34,712 bases of DNA from Dicyema japonicum. Lineage: Eukaryota; Animalia; Dicyemida. This document shows positions 1-10,379 of this stretch, in pieces (position 1 is the first letter of the stretch; every line of letters begins with the position of its first letter). The stretch lies in contig RDEW01000153.1 of NCBI GenBank assembly GCA_011109175.1, positions 1 to 34,712 of the forward strand, given 5' to 3'. The notes under the pieces are model-generated. The model saw only the letters and a list, made by a program, of their open reading frames with translations, had not been told where the DNA came from and did no database searches. A program made the translations under genes and the position numbers.

Positions 1-419
1 TTAAACATAGGGTAATCTTTAAAGATACTTTTGTGCTGTCTTTGACACCTCGAGTAAGATTTTCGATAGTTCTGATAACCTTGTACATTTTCTTCCAACC
101 ATAGGGGAATCGACATACGAGGATTTGTCCCGTAAGCAAGTTAAAATTTCTTGAGAATTGACCTTTTTTTTGAGTCGTACCATGCCTCCAAACTGTAAAA
201 CATTGCAGGAAATATTTCGGAGTTGAAGACATAAACATAGGTTTCCGGATCGAGCTTTAACTTTTTAATGTAGAACACAGCGTTCCTAGCTTTTTTCTTT
301 TGTATTTTAGCGTGTTCTTATAAAATGACCTCACTCGTCAATCAGGAAGCTAAGGTAATTCATATTCTTCTTGAGAGTATGACGGTATATTATATCCAAC
401 AATTTTAATTGACACTTTA

Positions 420-960
420 ACCGTGAAGGGGAGCCTCGTTCACTTAATAAAGAGTTCACGGATTCAGAAATCATTGAAGGTCTTAGCCGCTTGAATGATA
501 ACAGAGCTGATTACTATGACAATATTTGTGGAAAATTACTAAAATACGGCAAAAAATAACCTTTATGTTCAACAAAATATTCAAGACTCACTGTTCAGTT
601 GACATTTCAAAGGGAATATTACTAAAACCTAGTGAAAGTGCAGGATCCCCAGTCATAGTTTATTAACATGTCAGCGAAAAACTTTATATATAATAACTCT
701 GTCAGATATCGAGTTATGTTGACTGATATTTATCGCCAAATCAAAGTGGATTTAGACAAGGAAGGTCAATCGTTGATATCATTTAGAGTCATTGATGCCA
801 AAAGGCTCAGATGTATATGCGTAGAAAACATGTCTCAGAATCTTCGGATAAGTTTATTTAATGCGTTCGTAACTCAAAAACGTGGGGAAGACGTGGTGAA
901 GGTCGAAAGTATATCAAGAGACTTAACAGATACCAAAGGAATCAGTTGTGGAAAATAGTA
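420..960 (+). mobile_element. Old, heavily decayed RTE-like LINE reverse transcriptase fragment
   Basis: Translation GEPRSLNKEFTDSEIIEGLSRLNDNRADYYDNICGKLLKYG parallels GRPRPLKIPITAEEIKTACRKLKNNRSPGPDAINPELLKYG of the RTE copy at 10.4-13.4 kb. Multiple stops and frameshifts follow. Confidence 0.55.
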
Positions 961-968
961 GCCATCTA

Positions 969-1204
969 TATGTTATGTTGTCCAATTAAGTCGTGTCCGA
1001 CCCTTGGAGATCTCATGAAACGAGTTTTCCTCCACTCTCCCCGATCCGTTGCAATTTGGAGTAGCCTTGATATAGGCATCCCCTTGACGTCTTCCACCGT
1101 GGATAGCCACCGAGTCCTCGGTCGGCCAGGTCTTCTCTTTCCAGTAATATTGCTCAGCATAATGGTTCTTTCCAGTGAATCAGAGTGGACAATATGCCCA
1201 AAGA
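969..1204 (-). mobile_element. 5'-truncated RTE-clade LINE 3' end with a 12-bp target-site duplication
   Basis: Encodes FFGHIV..SLERTIMLSNITGKRRPGRPRTRW...ATDRGEW, a typical RTE C-terminus, and ends in an (ACATA)2-like tail. Flanked by the exact direct repeat AGTAGCCATCTA at 957-968 and 1205-1216. Confidence 0.85.
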
Positions 1205-1640
1205 AGTAGCCATCTACTGGCTGATAAAATCAAAAAAAACAGTATTTTATGAGCTATGTAAATGCAGGTTGACAAGCGAGTAAATGATATAATCTCACTG
1301 GTGAATTTAAAGGCATATTCTTCTTATGGATATGGTTACGCCATGTAACCTTATTATTGAAGATTTTTTAACCAAAATGTAACTGGGGGTTTTCGTTGAC
1401 AGCAGAGAACTACACTTTGTCTGGACCAAGATTATGACCAAGTTGATGGAAATATGAAACAGCGTACGACTTATACTTATGAATAACACATGAGTATTTT
1501 TAATATTCTCACTTTATGAAAAAATAAAGACTATTTCTATTATTTACTCAGAGTGGACTGTAAAGAGTAAAAATCAATAAGTCAAATGAATAAATTTATC
1601 ACTTAAGATACCGAAAAAGGACTATTAAACATTATACAAA

Positions 1641-1700
1641 ATATCGCAATTGATAGTTGAAAATTTGAAGCATCAAAATTGTATCAAAAGGGGGCGGCTG
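1641..1700 (+). repeat. ~60-bp repeat, inverted partner of 5237-5297
   Basis: ATATCGCAATTGATAGTTGAAAATTTGAAGCATCAAAATTGTATCAAAAGGGGGCG closely matches the reverse complement of 5237-5297, with a few substitutions and indels. Confidence 0.85.
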
Positions 1701-1922
1701 ACTTAAAAGACGTTAAGAACAACTGGTCTAGCGCATACGACATAATAAACTTGTTTGTGTCACCAGTAATTTTTTTATTATTAAACAGTTTTTTAAAATG
1801 CATCTGCGATGCTTTTAGTGATACCTCAACGGAATTGAATTGGGTTCTTGTTTGGTTGATGGTCGCCATTTTCTTGCAACAAAAATCAATATATGATAAT
1901 TTTTTAGTTAAAAATTAAATAT

Positions 1923-4900
1923 TTAAATTTTAATTCCCTGAACCCTCTGGGCATATGGCATCTCAGGGCTCTGCCTCCTATACTCCAGTGTCAGGATCTC
2001 TAGGGTCCGCTTTAATACAGTGGACTGTAGATAGGCCTGGAGCTTCCTATCTACCTCCAATTGCTTTAGATAACCCTTGTAGTATTTTGTTGTAATTCCT
2101 TCCCACGTCATTACTATAGGAATAACGAGGACCTTGCAACCAAGAATCTGCCCCATCTCGTTTGCAAGCAAGTCATACTTCTTTTTTTTCTCCACCTCCA
2201 CAGTCTGCAAACAGTCTTGAGACGTGATACCAACCTCTATGATAAAGACTTAATTAGACTCCTTATCGTGTACCACAATGTCCAGTTTATTGTGCTTCTC
2301 TAGAACCGAGGTACAGATAATACTATCAACCTTAATTTGGAGCCTGGTGTTTTTTACTACAAATTGCATCTTATGAGTCTGCAACTTTCTGGTGTGGCGA
2401 ATACCACACTTATTGCATAGTAGAAGATGAAGACTCCCTACTACCTCGTTATGCCTCCACACATAGTCGTGGCAGAGCATAGATCCACATCGAGTGGCTA
2501 AATGATCAACCGACATGATCCTTGACTTACAATTGGGACATGTATTTGTTGATCGACCCCAAAAAATATTGCGGTCTTGCATATACGTGTACAACGCCTC
2601 CGATCGAGGTGAGTTGTCACCGTATTTTAGCCATATTGTCGACGACTTAAGGTCGACATGTGGGTTGTCCAATGCTCTGAAGAGGACCTTATGAAGGCTT
2701 TTTAAGTTGATCTTTTCCATCAAATTATTATATTGTAATTCGATCAACGCCTTCACATTTACTAGCCCACCATCATCAACACCATACTTAGCAGACAAAA
2801 AAGGTCTGATAGTGCCTAGGTGGGTTGCCCGTGTTTTCTCGGTCGTTATTATGGCGTGCTTCCTAGCAGACACACTTGACCCAGCTATCAGGGTGTCGTG
2901 CATTCGCATTAGGATACGCTCACTTAGTTGGACTACTCCACACAGTCCACGGCCGAATTTATCACGGGGTAAATATAGTCTCTCCTTATTGGCTGCCACA
3001 CATGGACATGGTTCTCTCTGAGTACTCCACGGATCATAACATCCATCTCATCATACTCTTTGGGCTCAAACTCCACAACACCTATGTAGTAGTTTAGCAG
3101 CGAGACAGCATACTCATTTAATGCTAGGAACAAATTCCTTGCATTTAGAGACGTCTTACACAATAACGCTGCTCTTTTACGGATGCCTTCAGTAATTTGT
3201 CGCTTTGTCTCAGGCATTATAAGGGACTTTGGAGATTCGGTAACACCCAGATACTTATATCCTTCGTGTTCCTCTAGGACTCTTACTAACTCGCTACATA
3301 CTTGCGTGTTAGTCGCAGACTTTGAATAATTCAAATCTAGCCCTATACTCTCAAAGAATTCCCTGGCACAGACCCCCATGGAGTAGAGCTCCTCGGCTGT
3401 TCGAGCATACATCTTCAGTCATCGATAAAAAGAAGGTGATTTGTACTGAAACAGACCCCTTCACAATGAACTGGTATTTGCTCAAACCGGTCATTGAGGC
3501 GGCGACTCAATGGCTCCAAACAGAGAACAAAGAGTAGCGGAGACATGCTATCCCCTGAAGGATCCCCCTCTTGAGTTTTACCTCGCCTATCCGGTGCCTA
3601 TTATAGTTCAGATGAATACTCCACCTATTCATCACAGCCACTACAAAGCTGATGAACCACACAGGCATACACAGACTGTGTAGGCACTCGACAAGGTAAG
3701 AATGATCAACTGAATCGTAAGCCTTCTTCACATCCACCCACATAGACAAAAGTGAGTTTCCGTGAGACACAGAAAGGCATTTGTTGATCAAAGCCTGCTC
3801 TTTTGCCCCCTGACAATTTCGCACAGTTCCCAACTGATTCTCGGAGAGAATCCCATTTGCGTCTACAAAGCTCCTGACCTCATTAGCCACCAATTTGGTC
3901 ATCAGCTTATACAGGGTTGGCATGCAGGTTATCGGTCGATAATCTGCAGCAGACTGGGGGTTGTCCAGCTTTGGGATCAAATAAGTTGTCCCTGTGCATG
4001 CCCAATCAGGAATCGTTTCCGGGTTAGTGATGCTTTTCTGTAATACACGACACATAGACTCGTGTAATGAAGTGCATCTTTTGATAAAGAAATTATAAAC
4101 TTTATCGACCCCGGTCGTCTTCCAATCAGGGAGATGTCTCACTACCGCCTCAAATTTCTTGCGAAAATCGAAAATTCCGCAAGATTCCGCCAAGAAAGGA
4201 GCGGCGCTGTACGGGACATTCCACGCATTTCCTCTGCGTGGTTTAGCCTCCCACATACTACCCCATGTGGAAAGCATTTCCGCGTCCTGCTGGGAACATA
4301 CACTATGGCCATTTTCGTGTAGGCGACGGTAAAACAATCTGCGATTAAACTCAAACAGATTATTTTCTCTCCTTCTCTTACACCGACTTTCATGTGTATA
4401 GAGTTTCCTCTTATACACCATTATTGCCCCCTCTAACTCCACCTTTGCCCTCCTCAACTCTTTGAGGTCCCATTTGGGAACACGGAGTTTACTAATTAGC
4501 CCCTTTACTATAGCCGGTGCTTTTCCTCTAACCCCTCTCGCCACACTACTTATGTGCCCCTCCAGTGCTTCCAGCTCAGTCTGTCTCCAAGCAATCTTGG
4601 CACAGATCTGCTCCCTCCATTTACTGGGTGGTCTTGTCCGCTTGATCGCTGCATACAGCACTAGGGAGATGTCACCCAATGACCCTACTGGCTTAGCCTC
4701 CACCGCATAAGCCACAGCCTTATTGATACAGGTGAACACTACTCCGTTAACCTTACAATGAGGGATCTTGCTGGTAAATCTACGGTCCTCAAGTGGGACA
4801 TATGCCGCTGAAGCGAGATTCCACGCAAAGACCTCATAAACATGCTTGAGCTGCAACGTATCACAGCTCTGGTGCTCGTGCTTTTTTTGACAGTTGTGGT

Positions 4901-5132
4901 CACCTGGTCCCCGCCTTTTTAGACCAGTACCCTTTTTGTATACAGCCATTTTCTTGAGTTCACTCACAGATATAGCAGTACTGAATCTGTCACTGCAGAG
5001 CTCCACCAAGTATAGCCAACCATTCCAAGGCATTCGAGATAGCCTGCTACGTACCTGCAGGACTACCTGCCTCGCCCATACTTTTTGGTCAGCTGCCACA
5101 ATGCTCTCGGATATGGCAAGAATTACATTCAT
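1923..5132 (-). mobile_element. R4-like non-LTR retrotransposon (RT + CCHC + restriction-like endonuclease), inactivated
   Basis: Consecutive ORF pieces 3507-5132, 2933-3412, 2250-2999 and 1923-2210. RT motifs WKTTGVD, YRPITC, DVKKAYDSVDH, QG(D)SMSPLLF (1-nt deletion), FIDD. Knuckle CPNC...HLATRC and RHNEVV. RLE NKLDI...IEVG...EKKKKYD. Two frameshifts and an in-frame TAA at 2250-2252. Confidence 0.9.
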
Positions 5133-5236
5133 GCAATCAGGTAACGCAAGTGACCATTCTCCTTTTTTCCTTTCAACATTTTTGCCAACTCGAGAGTTTT
5201 AACGCCACCGAATCGAAAGCACGTTGCATGTTTATA

Positions 5237-5297
5237 TCAGCGCCCCCATTTGATATACAATTTGATGCTTCAAACTTTCAACTATCAATTGCGATAT
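5237..5297 (-). repeat. ~60-bp repeat, inverted partner of 1641-1700
   Basis: Reverse complement reads ATATCGCAATTGATAGTTGAAAGTTTGAAGCATCAAATTGTATATCAAATGGGGGCG. Confidence 0.85.
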
Positions 5298-5963
5298 CGC
5301 CCATGTCTCGAATGTATCGAATTCGATATATTGGACAGTGCTAAAATTTTATTTATCTATTTGAATTCGCAATGACCAATCCCAAAATCTGATTTAATCC
5401 TTAAATCTCCATTTATACCTAATTTTTTGAAAGTGATTTTGACCTCTTCTACTTAGAACCTATAATTGATAGCTAATTCATTTAAATTATTGTTTTTCGA
5501 CTTTTCGTCTACGTGAATGGCACACTATATGTTCATACTTTGTTAAGGTTTCTTTCTTTACACAATTCATTATCTTCAATTGTTTTGTTAGAATGACGTC
5601 ATCCACATGTCTCACCTGTCAGAGGCGACACCTACTACAGGAAACACGAGAAGAGATCATTTGTTCTCTCTCACTTAATTAGATGTGGTCCATGTGAGAT
5701 GAAGCGTCACATCCGTACTTTTCAACAAAGAGTGGGCGAAACATATTTGAGAGCATCAATTACTGAGGAATAAAGATTTCGATTCATGCGCTTTTCTTAG
5801 GTATGGTTGGTGTATAATAAACCTAACGTTGAGGAGAAAGAGCTCTTTTATTGTCGATTGGCACATCTATGAAGTTTGTTTTAATTTTAGTTATACCAAT
5901 AACATCTCTCTATTTTTAATAAAAATCTATATGTAAGGTATAGCGGATAGTAGTAGCAAATAA

Positions 5964-6309
5964 AATGGAATCAGGCCAGAGGAGATCCCCGTGGAACCAA
6001 TTAAGAAATAAGCTAGAAAGAAAATCCTCCAGCCATTGTTTTATGTTTGGATGTACATTCGACATGGAGATCTTAATAGGCCTCGAAACAGACTCGAAGG
6101 GCTATATTGTATGTTGATTAACACACCCAAGGGTCCAGGTGTTTAAGGTTAGTAAAGTTGTCGTTAAAGACCCTGCTTGAATTTATGTTGAAAAAAACCA
6201 TGGACAGATAATATCGAGAATTTTGCAGGTGAGGCATATGGGTTAGTAAGAGAATAGAGGAATCCTATTGGAACCCAGGATCGGTCTTATATCAAACAAC
6301 TTTATATAA
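5964..6309 (+). pseudogene. Possible multi-exon fragment resembling the start of a Sec23/Sec24-type vWA (trunk) domain
   Basis: Removing GT-AG segments 5991-6016, 6053-6079, 6109-6131 and 6148-6169 (22-27 nt) gives IRPEEIPKENPPAIVLCLDASKQTRRAILVQVFKTLLEFMLKK. A -1 shift at an A7 run plus a further short intron leads to ...PRIGLISNN. No clear start codon in this frame. Confidence 0.3.
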
Positions 6310-7165
6310 AAAATAATAAATTATTCCAATAAAAAAGCAAAAAATTTATAAACTTCAGAAACTATCAGACTCATTATTTTGTTTGACGTCGGTGACGAAC
6401 ATGCCATTGGCAACAAGTAAAGACTCGTCTCTATCATTAAATTCACTAATCGTGGGGTCGATATTTTTAGATTCGTTGTTCACCTCTTTGAGAGGTTTAT
6501 CCAATATAATAGATTCCTCTTCATAATTGTCNGTTGTCCGTGTCCTGACCCCCATAGTTCAAGGCTGAAATATTATATACTTGTTGCACATGTAAATTAG
6601 TTCGTTTGGCTAATATATGCAAGTAAACCTCATGACAGTTACTCTAATCTCCGTACATCATTCGGGTTAGGAAAACCAGAAAGGTGTACTCCCATGAAGG
6701 AGAACTAGTCTGCAACACCATCAGCTTTTCAAAAGCAACGAGAGAGTCTATATCTGTAGGTGTCAAAAATTCACTTTCAAATCTATCCTTTGCAAACTAT
6801 GTAATCATTTTTTATTGTACTAACATTATGAGTGAGAAATGATAGCTTGATTCTGCCATTGATGAGATCTACACTACGACAACAGACTATTTCAAGAATT
6901 TCGAATTGGAATGCCCCCGTAGTTGATAGGTATTAAATTACTCAATCAATAATTAATATACCCTTTATTAATCACCGAATAATGGAATTAATGTAACTTG
7001 TAAATATACTCTTTAATGATTGTTGGGGGATTACATGTTAGCACTGATGACTTTTCTAATCAAATGAAGGCGTTCAATGAGTATCTCAATATTTATTTTT
7101 ATCTAAAATATGCTAAATAGAACACTATTTGTCCTTCTAGCTCAAGAATTAGTTCTGGTAGGCCA

Positions 7166-7800
7166 TTTTTTTTCTTTTTTTTAACCCCAAGATCACCGGA
7201 TTAGAAAAGTTAAAAGTTAACTACTAACTAAGTGATCCCGGTTTTCCGGGTTCTGGCTCTCGTTCGGGGTCCTCGAAGATCCAACAGAATTGGTAGAAAC
7301 GGGGACGGTCTCATTCTCCATAGATTTCCCGCATTTTCTAGATAGTCAGATATAGAGTGAAAGCGGACAGCCGGTTTTTATTGCTTACTGTAGAAATGAC
7401 TTCACTCTCCACCTTAGGTGTTCTTTAACATTCAATACGTTATCCACAGTTTTCTTATTTATTATTTGTGCGGCTTCTACAAGTTGTGCGGCTTCTAATT
7501 TTTGAGACGACGATTAAGAAATCATCGAGCTCCAGGAGGGACATGCATATTCGATTACTGGCAGTATGTATTGTCTGTAAATATTCTGTAGTAAGAAGGT
7601 GTTGTGCCCGATTGGTGATCGGGACAAAATTTTCAATATGTTGGTCCTCCTCTTGACTTTGGTAATAACGTCTGGTAAACCCTGTGCTAAAGTATTAGTC
7701 AAACTTTACTTAAATTATCGTTACCCGTGATCTGAGGGTTATCGAGGAGTATTACTACAATCTGAAACTGGTAGACCGTTACTTTCAGCATTTCTTCAAG
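7166..7800 (-). mobile_element. Decayed 3' fragment of an Ingi/Vingi- or I-group-like LINE
   Basis: KVKRRTNILKILS...LLQNIYRQYILPVIEYACPSWSSMIS, an RT thumb region homologous to 22240-22400. Terminal hairpin and A-rich tail at 7166-7182. An 18-nt tandem duplication sits at 7466-7497. Confidence 0.7.
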
Positions 7801-8000
7801 CTTTTCCATATTCTTTCTCTTTTACGCTCAATATATTTATAATTTTCCATTCCACTTATTTTTAGAACATAGCGGAAAATCTGCTATTTCAATAGACTTC
7901 CGTCACATTTCTATTTATTATAATTCGAGCGTGCAAATAATAATTCACATTGAAAATATATACCACGGTCAAGTTATCTAACTTTGTCAAGGTAAACAAC

Positions 8001-8320
8001 CCCAAGTCTCCGAAGGAGACTCGAACCAATACTTTAGTCTATCCGCTTCCTTGGTTCTTAGAGACTCCTAGTCTTAATTTTCCTCTAACTCCCTCATTCA
8101 TATGTGAACATGAAGACGGCATGAGGAGATGAAGCCATTTAGTAAAAGAATAACGCCAAAGCAGACAATTTCCAAGTCTCCGGAAGAAATTCAAACCCAT
8201 AACGTTACTCTACCCGCTTCCTTGTCCTTAAAGACTTTTTGCTCCTTCATTCGCATCAACACATGGAGAGAAGAGGACTATATCCGTCACGAGGAGATGA
8301 AGGCATTTAGTGGACAAAGG
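8001..8320. repeat. Diverged tandem duplication, ~170-bp period
   Basis: CAAGTCTCCG at 8003 and 8173; CCGCTTCCTTG in both units; GAGGAGATGAAG.CATTTAGT at 8123 and 8291. Confidence 0.75.
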
Positions 8321-8410
8321 TACGTCACCAGCCTTTAGGCTATCAGGATCAAACTAGTAAGAGATAAGGAAATTCCTATAGAAGATAATAATAAAGCACG
8401 TAAAACAAAA

Positions 8411-8766
8411 TCAAACAGTAATAAAATCAATTGATCTTATATTTCTCATAAGAGGGTCACTGTTCCTTCTCTCTGTCCTAGTAAGAACACGCACTTGGTT
8501 GGAGTGAATAGCAGAGGAGACAGTGTATCTAATAAGATAAAATAACTTGGGAATGTGCAAGACTAAGAATAAGGTTAATAATACCCTGAGAGGACATGGC
8601 ATCACGACATCCTTGAGATTAGGTTACGGACGACATTCTACTTTATAGCTTTGTCCTTTAGCAAAGCATGACAGCAATAAATACAACAAACAAAATTTAC
8701 TCTACTCCGTCCTGTACTGTCCTCAACATGATTTAGTTGTCTACTATTAAAATTAACGACCACCAT
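8411..8766 (-). pseudogene. RPS26: 40S ribosomal protein S26 (eS26) unprocessed pseudogene
   Basis: GRSRVNFVCCIYCCHALLKDKAIK*NVVRNLI...RDA...IPKLFYLIRYTVSSAIHSNQVRVLTRTERR aligns with GRGHV..[24 protein letters not shown]...[30 protein letters not shown]. Has an AAG-to-TAG-like stop, a frameshift, and a retained 22-nt GT-AG intron at 8563-8584. Confidence 0.85.
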
Positions 8767-10379
8767 TTGTATATTTATAACCCAGGGATCACTGAGAAAG
8801 AAAGATAGAAAAAACGTCACCAAGTGAAGGTAATTCCATTTCCCATAATCAGTGCGCCATCACGTTTGAAGTCTTCCACAGTCAAAAAAGGTTGACATGT
8901 TGCATTTAAAATTTAAAAAATATTTTCATTTTTATATAATTGATTAATTAAATAAATAACTAATTTTCAATAATTTTTCATTGTCATCTTAGAAGAGAAT
9001 AAGAAAAGATAGATCCGCAATAAGGAGTTAAATTTTCAGAGGGATATAAGATCTACGTCCAGTCGCCGATAAGGTCTCGATTAAAGTAATCATTAGGTCG
9101 GAAATAATAAAACAATTTTTAAAATATTTTAAAAGCAAAATAGTACAATTAGGACATTTTAAAAATCATGACAATTGAATTTTTTATTTTTCAAATTATT
9201 TTTTATTTTTCGCGTTTAACTGTATACAAAATATCACAAATACTTAATCTGCATTTTAAAATATCTAAAAAATAACCAACCTAAAAAATAACGCTCAAAT
9301 AACCAGCAGCGCTCACGAGGGTCTCCTGTATCTAACCAAAGGCTTGACGATACGTGAAATCAAGTCGTACTTAAAAAAAATTTTAGATGCGAAAAATGAA
9401 AAATTACTATTTAAAAATAATTGCTATTTTCTGGTTGTCCAAGTTAATAATATGAATAGGTGCAATTGCAAAATATGTTGACATCTGAATATATCTCTAA
9501 CTTTTTGGAAGATGTAAATTGCTGCCAGAAGAGTTTGTACACTGTTGATCAAGTAATTGGGATATTCATTGAACTCCAGAGGACTGGTATCACCTGGAAA
9601 GCATTTTCATTTGCTATGAAGGCATTACAAATCAGCTGCCCAAAGAAAGCGAACATTCTACAAAATTTATTTGAAATTCTACTTTTTTTTATTTATCCAA
9701 ATCTTATGAAATTCCTGTTGAAATGTGTCAATCTAAGAGTTGAAAGTCTTCACAAACACCCTCATATTGAACGAACGTTCGAGGATTAATCTCCATAATG
9801 GAAAAGGTTTCCTCTCTTTCTTGCTCTTCCACTATTTTTCGTTTTTTGGGTGTTCGTGGATGAAACCCACCACCAAGTTGTATCTCAAGTAATTTCCAAA
9901 GCGATTCCTAGACATCTGGAACAAACTGGCATCATCTCCGCACGCTATTTCCGTAACATCATCACTGTATGACTTCACACGATTCTACAAAACCGAAGGA
10001 TGGGAATATTAGAATTATTGATTTTGTATTATCATTAGCTCAACTCTTTTTCACATAAAGGATTGCAGTCTGTTTCGCTTACATCCCGCTAGTTCAGTGG
10101 GGGCTTAAGCTGTGCTGTTCTCTTCGCTCACAGCCATTTGATGTAATTTCGGCTTAATGTCTCATAGCTAGTTAAGTAACTTCGGCCTCACTAACTTGTA
10201 GGAGACCAGCGGCTATTAAACCCGGTCACTCCCATAGATCGGTCAGTTTTGACATTGTAGACAAACAGTGTACTAATTCAGGACATTCAAAAAGGTAATT
10301 TGTTGTTAACTCGGAGAGGTTACAAATGGAACAGAGGAATGCCTCATGATTAGTAAAATTATTAGCTGGACCATTTTAT

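Noticed and set aside
8600-8645. Stop-codon reassignment (TAG/TAA read as sense) suggested by in-frame stops in RPS26 and the LINEs
   Set aside because: Those loci also carry frameshifts. The intact SPS gene and the TRM8 exons have no internal TAA/TAG, and SPS ends on TAA, consistent with the standard code.
9460-9789. 109-aa plus-strand ORF and neighbouring possible exons (also 6355-6555, 6680-6800, 17940-18400)
   Set aside because: No recognisable motif and no unique splice solution, so they cannot be supported without RNA data.
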